From Bacteroidota bacterium (lineage in GTDB: Bacteria; Bacteroidota; Ignavibacteria; Palsa-1295), in contig JANYDV010000211.1 in NCBI GenBank assembly GCA_025363505.1, positions 1 to 41,773 of the forward strand: DNA of 41,773 bases. Direction: 5' to 3'. This document shows positions 1 to 9,172 of this stretch, one piece after another. How positions within the stretch are numbered: position 1 is the stretch's first letter; the number at the start of each line of letters is the position of its first letter. The position numbers and the translations under genes are program-made. The notes under the pieces were generated by a model, which did no database searches, was not told where the DNA came from, and saw only the letters and a program-made list of their open reading frames with translations.

Positions 1-48
1 GTCGCGGAGTTCTGAGTTCTTGATAGCGCATTCAATCTTACGAAAGTA

Positions 49-315
49 TTACATCTCGTCAAAGCCTTTAGCGAAGTAGGCTACGAGGACATCGGACATT
101 TGTTCTTCGTCAGGTCCTTCAAAACTCAGTTCAAGCTCCGAACCTTGTGCGGCGGCAAGAGTCATTACGCCAATGATCGACTTACCGTTGATCTGAAATC
201 CGTCTTTGTTAATAAAAAAATCGGATTGAAATTCACTCGCCAATTTTACGATCGCCGCCGCAGGGCGCGTATGCAGCCCGGCGCGGTTCAGGATGGTTAC
301 GTTTCGTGTGATCAC
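49..315 (-). CDS. ptsH: Phosphocarrier protein HPr
   Basis: 88-aa ORF. His15 sits exactly in 'NRAGLHTRPA' and Ser46 exactly in 'NGKSIIGVM'. Only a 3-nt gap separates it from the upstream polyprenyl synthase gene. Confidence 0.9.
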   Translation of the reverse strand: MITRNVTILNRAGLHTRPAAAIVKLASEFQSDFFINKDGFQINGKSIIGVMTLAAAQGSELELSFEGPDEEQMSDVLVAYFAKGFDEM

Positions 316-318
316 GTC

Positions 319-1305
319 TTAATGTTCTCTGTGTAAAAGATATTCGCTAAAGTGTTGTAACGCCGTTTGCACGGCAGGATGTTCAATTTTTTTTAGTGCG
401 GCTTGTGCAATATTTGTATGGTCTGCTATCATTTTCTTACTTTCGTCGATCACTCCAAGCTTCGTAAAAACTATTCTCGCAAATCCTACATCATCCCACT
501 TTGCTTGCTGATGTAGGATTCGCGTGAGTAGTTGTTGCTCTTCTTCGGAGACGTGGGTGATTGATTCATACGCCCGCAAAAATAGGAACGTTCGTTTGCC
601 TTCAACAATATCACCACCAATGGACTTGCCGAACGACGGATTTTGCGAAGTAAGATCAAGCAAGTCGTCGCGGAGTTGAAATGCCAATCCCAAATGATGT
701 GCGAACAAGCGAAACGGTTCTACGTCGGTGATGCCCGAAGCATAAGCACCCAAGACTGCGGCAAGCTCGATCATCTTTGCGCTCTTGAGATCAATCATTC
801 GAAAATAATCTTCTATTGAGACAGAATTATTTTTCTCAAACTCTTTATCAAGTGCTTGCCCTTCGCAGACATATCTGAAGCTATGAGCAAACTCTAACAT
901 CATTTCCGATGCCTGAGGATATTTTCCTGAAGCCAGTGATGTTTCGGCAAGCGCGATTAGCACATCCCCAGCGAGAATGGCGGTATTGAGATCATAGAGT
1001 TCGTGTAATGTCTTCAGGCCGCGCCGAGTCGCGGCATTATCCATAATATCGTCGTGGACTAATGTAAACGTATGTAACATCTCGACTGCCGCGGCGGCTT
1101 GACGCCACTTGCAATCTTGCTGCTGAAGAGTACAAAGATAGGTCAGCGCAGGTCGAAGACGCTTGCCGCCGGCATCAATAATATAACGAACAGGATCATA
1201 GAGCGATCTTGGCTCCGCAGGCACAAGCGAGTGCAAATACGAATTAATCTCGTCTTGAGCAAATAATATCTGCTCGGAAAATAGATGTTTCTGGTCGTGC
1301 GCCAA
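319..1305 (-). CDS. Polyprenyl (trans-isoprenyl) diphosphate synthase, probably short-chain GGPP/FPP type
   Basis: 328 aa. First Asp-rich motif is 'HTFTLVHDDIMDNAATRRG' (no 2-aa insertion, Phe at -5). Second Asp-rich motif is 'FQLRDDLLD'. The chain-length call is inference only. Confidence 0.85.
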   Translation of the reverse strand: MAHDQKHLFSEQILFAQDEINSYLHSLVPAEPRSLYDPVRYIIDAGGKRLRPALTYLCTLQQQDCKWRQAAAAVEMLHTFTLVHDDIMDNAATRRGLKTLHELYDLNTAILAGDVLIALAETSLASGKYPQASEMMLEFAHSFRYVCEGQALDKEFEKNNSVSIEDYFRMIDLKSAKMIELAAVLGAYASGITDVEPFRLFAHHLGLAFQLRDDLLDLTSQNPSFGKSIGGDIVEGKRTFLFLRAYESITHVSEEEQQLLTRILHQQAKWDDVGFARIVFTKLGVIDESKKMIADHTNIAQAALKKIEHPAVQTALQHFSEYLLHREH

Positions 1306-1307
1306 AA

Positions 1308-2390
1308 TTATGGAATTTGAAAGAGTGTTTGTCCCGACAGATCGCCGATAGTCTTCGATCCGGTCAATAACATTGTTGTTTTTAACTGCTTAATAACCGT
1401 AGCAACATAATCTACGAGCATTTCTTCCCCACCTTCATAAAAAGCCTTCATTAATGGTTGGGCAATCCCGACAAGATCAGCCCCAAGGGTGATTGACTTC
1501 GCGATATCGACACCTGAACGAATACCACCACTGGCGATTAAGCCAAAAGTCATTGTCTGTTTTAATTCTTTCACCGCCCGGAGTGCCTCGACAGTGGGAA
1601 TACCCCAATCCCAAAACGGATCAAGCGCAACGCGTTGATTTTTCTTCTGCCGTAATATCTCCACGCCCGACCAACTCGTTCCGCCAGCGCCGGCAACATC
1701 AATCACCCGTACGCCGATATTAATCAGCCGTTCTGCCGTAGCACGAGAAATTCCGGCTCCCACTTCTTTGACAATCACGGGAATCCTAAAGTGATGACAC
1801 AGCGCATCAATCGCCGGAAGGATACCCCGAAAATCCCGCGAACCCTCGGGCTGCATCAATTCTTGCAGGGGATTGAGATGGACAATTATTCCGTCTGCTT
1901 TGACGAGATCAATTATTTTTTTTATCGAAGCGATCTTCCCCTTTGCGTGTAATGCCGCGATTTCTGCACCGCCGATATTAGTAAAGATCAAACCATGGGG
2001 ATACTCTTTTCGCACTACCGAAAACGATTTGTGATATTGCTTGCTTTCGAGTGCTTGACGGGCACTGCCGATACCAATGGCAAGGCAAAACTGTTTTGCT
2101 GTTCTTGCAAGCGCCGCATTGATCTTTTCGGCTTCGGCATAGCCACCGGTCATTGAGGAGATCAAGATCGGTGCATCGAGCGATTTTCCGAGAAACGTCG
2201 TCGAAGCATCAACCTCATTGAGCGACAATTCAGGCAAAGCGTTATGCTCGAAACGGAGCAGGTCGAAACCGGTTCGGGTCTCACGATACTCAACATCTTC
2301 GGTGACAACGAGCTCGACATGATCTGCTTTTCGGGAGCTAATTTTATTTGTCGAATTGGAGCTAAATGCCTTTTTCTTCTTCTTTGTCAT
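1308..2390 (-). CDS. fni: Type 2 (FMN-dependent) isopentenyl-diphosphate delta-isomerase
   Basis: 360 aa. IDI-2 / alpha-hydroxyacid-oxidase-like TIM-barrel pattern: 'RKADHVELV', 'ISSMTGG', 'VKEVGAG', 'IASGGIRSG'. Lys-rich N-terminus 'MTKKKKKAF'. Directly followed by the prenyl synthase gene. Confidence 0.85.
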   Translation of the reverse strand: MTKKKKKAFSSNSTNKISSRKADHVELVVTEDVEYRETRTGFDLLRFEHNALPELSLNEVDASTTFLGKSLDAPILISSMTGGYAEAEKINAALARTAKQFCLAIGIGSARQALESKQYHKSFSVVRKEYPHGLIFTNIGGAEIAALHAKGKIASIKKIIDLVKADGIIVHLNPLQELMQPEGSRDFRGILPAIDALCHHFRIPVIVKEVGAGISRATAERLINIGVRVIDVAGAGGTSWSGVEILRQKKNQRVALDPFWDWGIPTVEALRAVKELKQTMTFGLIASGGIRSGVDIAKSITLGADLVGIAQPLMKAFYEGGEEMLVDYVATVIKQLKTTMLLTGSKTIGDLSGQTLFQIP

Positions 2391-2480
2391 AAAAATAGGT
2401 TATTTTTGAGGTAAATTTACGATAAATTCTGTGCGATAGTTTGGGAACGGCATTCGCGCTGAATGGATTAATATAGTACG

Positions 2481-3110
2481 ATGTCAAAATTTCTTAACTC
2501 AACCGACAGTAATACGCCCCAGGGCGATGCTTCGAAACGCCTCAGCGACCGCTTCGGCATACCTGAACATGAAGTAAAAAAACTACTCTATGGCGAACAA
2601 GTCCGCCCAAACCCAACCGTATCGCAAGGGGTACCGACAATGATACCTGCTACTCGGGACCGCAGTTCATGGAACACGATTTCAATACTCGGCGCATTGC
2701 TCGGGGTGGTTGGCATACTTTCATTGGTCGTCTTAATGATATTTTTAATGCGTCATAATAGACCCGGCGCCGGACCGTTCGGGGGTGAGTTCGGAATGAA
2801 CCAACCACCACCAATTATGCGCTCCGAAGTGCCTCATGAGCCAATGCCACCGGCAGCGATGCCCGATTCTTGTTGTAAAAAAGAAAATCCTCCTACAACC
2901 GCTGATATAGCGCCCGAGCCCGAAGCACAAACCCCGCAGGCGAAGCCCCAACATAAAGCTATTCATAAATCAAAACCAAGCAAAGGTTTTGTTACCTCTA
3001 ATAGTATGGAAGCCGAAGAACGACTGGCTGAACTCAAAGCCGACGGCAACTCGAAAGCCAAAATTAGCAGTCGTAAAAAAGACGGTGTCTTGATGTACGA
3101 AGTAAAATAA
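2481..3110 (+). CDS. Hypothetical single-pass membrane protein, Pro-rich, with a possible SPOR-like C-terminal half-repeat
   Basis: 209-aa ATG ORF. One hydrophobic helix 'ISILGALLGVVGILSLVVLMIFLM'. The Pro/Gln-rich tail contains 'SCC'. The C-terminus 'AEERLAELKADGNSKAKISSRKKDGVLMYEV' loosely resembles a SPOR repeat. No family assigned. Confidence 0.5.
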   Translation: MSKFLNSTDSNTPQGDASKRLSDRFGIPEHEVKKLLYGEQVRPNPTVSQGVPTMIPATRDRSSWNTISILGALLGVVGILSLVVLMIFLMRHNRPGAGPFGGEFGMNQPPPIMRSEVPHEPMPPAAMPDSCCKKENPPTTADIAPEPEAQTPQAKPQHKAIHKSKPSKGFVTSNSMEAEERLAELKADGNSKAKISSRKKDGVLMYEVK

Positions 3111-3201
3111 TTGTGTGTGTGTATTGCGAATGTTGCCCCCTCCAGTGCCAAGGAGAAATCGTGGCGCAACTTCTTTTATGTGCGGACGTAAGCCTTTGAT
3201 A

Positions 3202-5307
3202 ATGACTATAAAGAATAATTCTTTTATTTTCGGGCTACTGATTGCTGTAGTCATCCTATTATCATTTTCTCATACCGATGCAAAACGGTTGGAGAAGCCG
3301 CGTGATAAATTTGCTTCCGACGGATCGGTCCTGACGCTAAAAGTTGATGAACGAGCGAACATTTCTCAGGGTAAACTTTTCAAAGCCACCGTTCATTTCA
3401 AAATTGGAAAAGATTGGCACATCTATAGTTCAAAATCCGCAGACGATGCAGGCTACCCGATGATCGTTGGCATACCGCCGGCGCTACAAAACATCTTCGA
3501 ACTTGTGAGTATCGCTGAGTCCGGGAAAGTAGTTGCACACTATGATTCAGGTTTTGGAGCAACAACGCTTTCACATTACAAAGACTTTGATGCGGTCATA
3601 ACTTTAAAAGTAAAAAAAACTGCAAAGATCGGCGAAACTCCTTTCTTTCTGTATGTAGATTATCAAACCTGTAACGAGAGTGTTTGCATACCACCAAACA
3701 CTTTTCAAGTTCCGATGCCGTTCCTCGGCAACAAGCCATTGACACTTACCATCAAGGAAGGTAATGACAAAGAAGATACTACCTCAGCAATACAACAACA
3801 GAAAAATACTATCTCCGTTGCAACTACAACGACCGCCACACCAACGATTTCGTCACAAAACACTCCTGCAGTACCACCCAGCATTTCCCCAACCAACGCT
3901 GCATCAGCCGAGGAATTAGCGAAACTTGCGCATACTTCGATTTGGCAATTTATTCTTGCGGCAATCGGATTTGGATTGCTGGCATTGGTTACGCCCTGTG
4001 TATTCCCTATGATTCCGATCACGGTGAGTTTTTTTACCCAGCGCAATCAAGGTTCGAAAAAACATGCCGTCAAAGATGCAGTATTCTATGCTGTTGGTAT
4101 TATCGGGACTTTCGTCGCGTTAGGGTTTTTACTTGCGTTAATCCTGGGACCTTCGGGCATCAATAAATTTGCCTCAAACCCAATAGTCAATGCCGGCATC
4201 GCAGTAATCTTTATCGCATTCGCTCTTAATTTGTTCGGACTTTTTGAGTTAGGTATTCCGTCATCGGTCGTGACCCGACTCCACATGAAAGCGCACAACA
4301 CCGAAAACAAAATTTTCTCGGTGATCTTGATGGGCTTTGTGTTCTCGCTTACAAGCTTTACCTGTACCGTTCCGTTTGTTGGCACATTAATGGTTTCGTT
4401 TTCTCATGGTGATTGGTTCGTGCCACTAATCGGTATGACGGTCTTCGCCAGCGTCTTCGCATTACCGTTCTTTCTGTTAGCACTCTTTCCGAGTGCAATG
4501 AAGGCATTGCCAAAAAGCGGGGGTTGGCTTAATAGTGTGAAAGTCGTGATGGGATTTCTCGAGATCGCCGCTTCGCTGAAATTCCTCTCGAATATTGATC
4601 TTGTCTATAAATGGGGTTTCTTTACTCGTGATTTGGTGATAGCCGCATGGGCAGCATTAATGATTATCACGACGTTATATTTGCTCGGTCGTTTTCATCT
4701 GCCCCACGACACACCATCTGAACATATCGGACCGATTCGTGCCATTTTTTCTGTCGTATTTTTAACGAGTGCCATTTATTTATTTACCGGTTTCGGGTCG
4801 AAGCCGCTCGGGACACTTGATGCATTTCTGCCACCGGCAGGATATACCGGGCAAGAAGGTGCGCCTGTGACAGCCGGAATATCGCTGCCGAGCAATACAA
4901 ATATCAGTCCCGAAATTTGGTATCCAAGATTGGAAACGGCTCTCGCCGAAGCGAAGCGAACCGGAAAAAATGTGTTTGTAGATTTTACCGGTTATCAATG
5001 CACAAATTGTCGAGCAATGGAGTCAACCATATTCAAACGACAGGAAGTGGTTGATCTCTATAAAGAGTTTGTATTAGCGAGATTGTATTGTGACGATGGC
5101 TCACCGCTGAATGATTCAAATCGTACGATGGAAGAGACTCGCTTCAATACGATCGCACAACCGTATTATGTGATCATCTCACCGGATGATAAAGTGCTCG
5201 CCACCTTCCCGGGATATACGAAAGACCTTAGTGCGTTTGTCTCGTTCTTAAAACCACATGTCAGCACCTCAGGGCAAGTGAATAAACCACTTGCTGAGAT
5301 CCGGTAA
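3202..5307 (+). CDS. dsbD: Thiol:disulfide interchange protein DsbD (three-domain alpha-beta-gamma form)
   Basis: N-terminal periplasmic domain with 'YQTCNESVCIPP' (DsbD-alpha Cys pair). Thr/Pro linker. Membrane core with 'LVTPCVFPMIP' and 'SFTCTVPFVG'. C-terminal thioredoxin fold with 'GYQCTNCRAME'. The ORF opens at 3115, but the signal-peptide-like 'MTIKNNSFIFGLLIAVVILLSF' begins at the ATG at 3202. The ATG at 3178 is an alternative start. Confidence 0.85.
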   Translation: MTIKNNSFIFGLLIAVVILLSFSHTDAKRLEKPRDKFASDGSVLTLKVDERANISQGKLFKATVHFKIGKDWHIYSSKSADDAGYPMIVGIPPALQNIFELVSIAESGKVVAHYDSGFGATTLSHYKDFDAVITLKVKKTAKIGETPFFLYVDYQTCNESVCIPPNTFQVPMPFLGNKPLTLTIKEGNDKEDTTSAIQQQKNTISVATTTTATPTISSQNTPAVPPSISPTNAASAEELAKLAHTSIWQFILAAIGFGLLALVTPCVFPMIPITVSFFTQRNQGSKKHAVKDAVFYAVGIIGTFVALGFLLALILGPSGINKFASNPIVNAGIAVIFIAFALNLFGLFELGIPSSVVTRLHMKAHNTENKIFSVILMGFVFSLTSFTCTVPFVGTLMVSFSHGDWFVPLIGMTVFASVFALPFFLLALFPSAMKALPKSGGWLNSVKVVMGFLEIAASLKFLSNIDLVYKWGFFTRDLVIAAWAALMIITTLYLLGRFHLPHDTPSEHIGPIRAIFSVVFLTSAIYLFTGFGSKPLGTLDAFLPPAGYTGQEGAPVTAGISLPSNTNISPEIWYPRLETALAEAKRTGKNVFVDFTGYQCTNCRAMESTIFKRQEVVDLYKEFVLARLYCDDGSPLNDSNRTMEETRFNTIAQPYYVIISPDDKVLATFPGYTKDLSAFVSFLKPHVSTSGQVNKPLAEIR

Positions 5308-5314
5308 TTTTATG

Positions 5315-6310
5315 TTATTTGCCTCCCCAACTTGGCGGAAGGGTTTTTTCGATCTCAATACCTTCAAACGGTTTGGTACTGCGTGATCCCGTACGCTTGA
5401 CCCACTGCGCCATCTTTGCAATACCTTGATCAAATGGCACTTCATCATGGATGCCAAATACTTTTTTCGCTTTTTCGTGATCGCTCCAAGCATTCACAAC
5501 TTCGTTACGCGCAGGAAGATAATTTAACTTCGCTGTACTCCCCATCGCCTTCATTACTTCGGTCGCTAATTGATTAACCGTGTACACGGTATCAGCACCG
5601 ATATTAAAAACTTCGTTCTTTGCTGAATCAAGCGTAGCGCTTCTTGCAATATGCGGCGCAACATCAGCAATATGGCTGAATGCACGTTTTTGCTCTCCAT
5701 CGCCAAAGAGTGTCAGTGACTCGCCACGCAAAATCTGATTCATAAAAATACCGATGACGTTGCGGTATTTATCTCCGGTGTTCTGACGTTCGCCGTACAC
5801 ATTATGCGGGCGGAAAATTACATAATCGAGACCAAACATTTCATATGAAGCCTTCAGCTCAAGTTCAACAGCATATTTCGCAATACCGTATGAGTCTTCC
5901 GGTTGGGGCACAAGGTCTTCGCGCATCGGCAATTGATTACGACCATAAACCGCTATCGAACTCGTAAAAATAAAGCGCTTACAATCGTGTTTTACAGCTT
6001 CGTTGATCAAATTGACTGAGCCGATTACATTGTTGGTATAATTAAATCGTTTAATAAAATGCGAAAGTCCTTCTGCGGCATAGGCGGCGAGATGAAAAAC
6101 GAAATCAAATTTATATTGATTGAAGATCGGTGCAAGTTTGAGATGATCGGTGCAACTGCCTTCGATAAAAATGGCTTGAGGATTGACATTGTCAATAAAT
6201 CCGCCGGAGAGGTCATCAAAGGCAACAACAGTATGCCCATCGGAAATAAGTGAATCAACAACATGCGATCCGATAAATCCGGCAGCACCGGTGACAAATG
6301 AAATTGGCAT
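5315..6310 (-). CDS. NAD-dependent epimerase/dehydratase (extended SDR, UDP-sugar 4-epimerase-like)
   Basis: 331 aa. Rossmann motif 'VTGAAGFIGSH' and catalytic 'SYGIAKY' (YxxxK). Adjacent to a GT2 gene. Confidence 0.85.
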   Translation of the reverse strand: MPISFVTGAAGFIGSHVVDSLISDGHTVVAFDDLSGGFIDNVNPQAIFIEGSCTDHLKLAPIFNQYKFDFVFHLAAYAAEGLSHFIKRFNYTNNVIGSVNLINEAVKHDCKRFIFTSSIAVYGRNQLPMREDLVPQPEDSYGIAKYAVELELKASYEMFGLDYVIFRPHNVYGERQNTGDKYRNVIGIFMNQILRGESLTLFGDGEQKRAFSHIADVAPHIARSATLDSAKNEVFNIGADTVYTVNQLATEVMKAMGSTAKLNYLPARNEVVNAWSDHEKAKKVFGIHDEVPFDQGIAKMAQWVKRTGSRSTKPFEGIEIEKTLPPSWGGK

Positions 6311-6362
6311 TGATTAATTGATGAATGGTGAATGATAGATCATCATAAGTCCGTACAGAATA

Positions 6363-7304
6363 TTATCGTATGTATCCGCGTTCTTTAAGCCCTTTGTTCT
6401 CGCGATACCCTTTGTAATAATCAATAATCCCATAGATCATCGCCGTTGCGCCGCGAATATTTTTTGCGCGAATGAGCGAAAGGTAATAGTATAATCTATA
6501 CAACGGATAAAATAACAGGTAGCGCAGTTTTACGAAGCCATGGAAATGACGCGACGCAAATAAAAATGAATTGCGCGTCTGCATATACATATAGAATGGT
6601 GTTTCTTTGCCGAGTGTCGCACTTTTGAAATTATGGTAGATCAAACTTTTCGGTTCGTACCAGCAGACATATCCTCGCTCGCGTGCTCGCATACACCAAT
6701 CTGATTCTTCCCAATAAATAAAATATTCTTTCGAGAGCATCCCCATTGTCTGCAAAAGCTCGCCGCGCATCAACATTAAACACCCCGAAGCATACTCGGT
6801 AATTTCAGCAGTGTCATATTTCCCACTGTCTTTCTCAAATACTCCAATATGATGATACCCCGTATGCCATTTTTGAAAAGCGCCGGCGTACCAAATGATT
6901 TTATCCTGACCATTATAGGACTGGGGGTAAAAATAAATTTTCCCACTCACCGCAGAAATATTATCAGCGGATAATAAACGTTCGACCAGTGGCTCAAGAT
7001 AGCCGGGGGTGATAATAGTATCGTTATTGAGCAACAGCACATGATCGCAGTGATGGGTCAGCGAATATTCAATACCGATATTATTTCCACCGGTAAACCC
7101 GGTGTTTTCATCGGAGCGAATGTGTGTTGCCGTTGGGAATTCATCTTTTAATCGAAATCCTGTACCATCAACAGAGCCGTTATCAACGACGATCACTTCG
7201 GTATTCGGATATGTCATCGTTTCGAGCGAACGCAAACAACGAGCGGTATCGTCATACGCATTCAAATGCACCAATACTATTCCTATGCGAGGATAGGTTA
7301 CCAT
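6363..7304 (-). CDS. Family 2 glycosyltransferase
   Basis: 313 aa. GT-A pattern: 'IGIVLV..N', 'VIVVDNGSVDGT', 'LLLNNDT', 'GCLMLMR'. Confidence 0.85.
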   Translation of the reverse strand: MVTYPRIGIVLVHLNAYDDTARCLRSLETMTYPNTEVIVVDNGSVDGTGFRLKDEFPTATHIRSDENTGFTGGNNIGIEYSLTHHCDHVLLLNNDTIITPGYLEPLVERLLSADNISAVSGKIYFYPQSYNGQDKIIWYAGAFQKWHTGYHHIGVFEKDSGKYDTAEITEYASGCLMLMRGELLQTMGMLSKEYFIYWEESDWCMRARERGYVCWYEPKSLIYHNFKSATLGKETPFYMYMQTRNSFLFASRHFHGFVKLRYLLFYPLYRLYYYLSLIRAKNIRGATAMIYGIIDYYKGYRENKGLKERGYIR

Positions 7305-9154
7305 TAGCTGATACGACCGAGAATATCAACAGCCATCTGATATTTTTTAAATGGCGGCATAAGATAAGCGCCATCAACCAATGATTTAGCATCGCGAAGG
7401 AATTCAACACAAATTTCTATTCCTTCGGCACTCTGCTCGTCGGTTGTGTTACGACTTGCCAGACGGTTATGTATCCATTGAGGGATTGTCATTCCCGGCA
7501 CTTCGTAATGCAAAAAATCCGCATGACGAACACTTCGAAGTGGTAAAATACCAAGCATAATATGTGCTTTTTTCCGAAAGTGCTTAATCTGTTCTAAAAA
7601 TGTTTCGAGCGTTGCGAGTTCGAATATCGGTTGAGTAAAAATCACTTCACACCCTTCAGCAACTTTTTGCTCAAGACGATTAATCTCAAGCTCCATATTA
7701 TCTGAAACGGGATTGCAACCACAAGAGATCATAAAGTGTGTTGTTCTCGCTCCCTCACCGGTGATGGGATTGCCCATTAGATCGAGACCCGAGTTCATTG
7801 AGTTGAGTGCACGGATCAATCCAATGGCATCAATATCATAGACACTGGTTGCATAAGGGAAATCGCCGATCTGTGCAGGATCCCCCGTGACAGCCAGAAT
7901 ATTTCTCACACCAAGCAGTTCTGCCCCGAGTAGTTCCGATTGCAACCCAACCATTGTCCGGTCGCGGCAAGCAAGATGGGTAATCACTTCGATACCGCAT
8001 TGCTGCTGGACAAGACTCGAAAGCATAATTGAAGATACGCGAAGTCGTGCACGTGCGCCATCGGAAATATTCACAGCATCAATTCCTGCCGAGGCAAGGA
8101 ATTTAGCTCCCTCGAAGACACTTGACATTTCCAGCCCACGCGGGATATCAAGTTCAACAGTGGTCAGAAATTTTTTCCCAAGAAGTTGTTTAAACTTCGA
8201 AAGCTGTGCTAAATCTTGCGAGCCATTGACTTGCTCATGCTTTACTTTGATGATTTCTGCTTTGGGAGCCGACGCGTGTTTGTCTTTGATGGCTTCAGCA
8301 ATTTTTTTGATGTGTTCGGGAGATGCGCCGCCGCAAGCTCCGATAATACTCACCCCAACATCAAGCAAACGCACCGCACTTTGGGCGACATAGTCGGCGG
8401 TGGCGTTATAGATCGGACGTCCATTGACAAGTGTGGGAATGCCAATGTCCGGTTGCGCAGAAAGCGGCATATTCGGCAATGCAAATGCCTTCACGATCTG
8501 GATCATCCGTTGCGGACCTACTGTACCGTTGGTGCCGATAACATCAACGCCAAGTTCGACAAGGCGTTCAGCAATCTTGCGAGCATAATCTGTCGCAAGC
8601 AATGCTCCATCTTCAGGGAAAGTTTTTTGGGCGATAATCGGGAGATCAGGCGCAATTTTTTTTGCGACTTCAATAGCGATCTCCAGTTCTCGTAATTCGA
8701 TAAAACTTCTCAGCAGCAGTACATCAGGACCGCCATCAACAAGGGCTTGTATTTGTTCTTCAAATGATGCACGCGCTTTTTCGACCGTAATCGAACCAAG
8801 TGGAGAAAGATATTTTCCGTGCGGACCAACTACTGCCGCAACAATCGACTTATATTCGGCGGCAACACTTCGGGCAAGCCACACACCCTTGCGATTGATC
8901 TCGTACATTTTTTGACGAAGTCCAAAACGCTCAAGCGCAAGCGGCGACGCATGCTCGGTGTTCGTACAAATAAGCTCGGCACCAACTTTTGCAAATTCGC
9001 GATGCGCATGTTCGACCGCAAGCGGCTGACGAATATTATAGGCTTCGATCGGGGTTTCGAGGGCACCACGTTGTACAAGCACAACTTCCATCGAACCATC
9101 GGTTACGATAGGATATTCTTGGGCAGTCGCGAGTCGTTGTAAAAAAATATTCAC
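7304..9154 (-). CDS. YitJ-like fusion: homocysteine S-methyltransferase-like domain + 5,10-methylenetetrahydrofolate reductase
   Basis: 616 aa with a GTG start (plus-strand cac at 9152-9154). N-terminal half fits the Hcy-binding (S-methyl_trans) fold: 'TDGSME', 'CTNTEHAS', 'GTNGTVGP', 'GACGGASPEHI'. C-terminal half fits MetF: 'TVELDIPRG', 'THLACRDR', 'LAVTGDP'. The zinc-ligand cysteines are mostly missing (see findings). Confidence 0.8.
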   Translation of the reverse strand: MNIFLQRLATAQEYPIVTDGSMEVVLVQRGALETPIEAYNIRQPLAVEHAHREFAKVGAELICTNTEHASPLALERFGLRQKMYEINRKGVWLARSVAAEYKSIVAAVVGPHGKYLSPLGSITVEKARASFEEQIQALVDGGPDVLLLRSFIELRELEIAIEVAKKIAPDLPIIAQKTFPEDGALLATDYARKIAERLVELGVDVIGTNGTVGPQRMIQIVKAFALPNMPLSAQPDIGIPTLVNGRPIYNATADYVAQSAVRLLDVGVSIIGACGGASPEHIKKIAEAIKDKHASAPKAEIIKVKHEQVNGSQDLAQLSKFKQLLGKKFLTTVELDIPRGLEMSSVFEGAKFLASAGIDAVNISDGARARLRVSSIMLSSLVQQQCGIEVITHLACRDRTMVGLQSELLGAELLGVRNILAVTGDPAQIGDFPYATSVYDIDAIGLIRALNSMNSGLDLMGNPITGEGARTTHFMISCGCNPVSDNMELEINRLEQKVAEGCEVIFTQPIFELATLETFLEQIKHFRKKAHIMLGILPLRSVRHADFLHYEVPGMTIPQWIHNRLASRNTTDEQSAEGIEICVEFLRDAKSLVDGAYLMPPFKKYQMAVDILGRIS

Positions 9155-9172
9155 TCGATGATGGGTGGGTGA

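Noticed and set aside
1-31. Possible start of another minus-strand gene (ATG at 31-29, 'MRYQELRTPR...') running off the left edge
   Set aside because: Only 10 codons are visible, so it cannot be supported.
3112-3122. (TG)5.5 dinucleotide run between the Pro-rich protein gene and dsbD
   Set aside because: It is too short to be called a phase-variable microsatellite. It is mentioned only as context.
3115-3201. 29-aa upstream extension of the dsbD ORF ('MCVLRMLPPPVPRRNRG...')
   Set aside because: The signal peptide begins at the ATG at 3202 (or 3178). The AGGAG at 3151-3155 is followed by an out-of-frame GTG.
7887-8695. Long plus-strand ORFs (168 aa and 159 aa) inside the MTHFR-fusion gene
   Set aside because: They are antisense shadow ORFs of a well-supported minus-strand gene. 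Their composition is low-complexity (Ser/Arg/Cys-rich) and they show no motifs.
9155-9172. Expected an S-box/SAM riboswitch upstream of the yitJ-like gene, as in Bacillus
   Set aside because: The spacer to tpiA is only 18 nt, so there is no room for a leader RNA.
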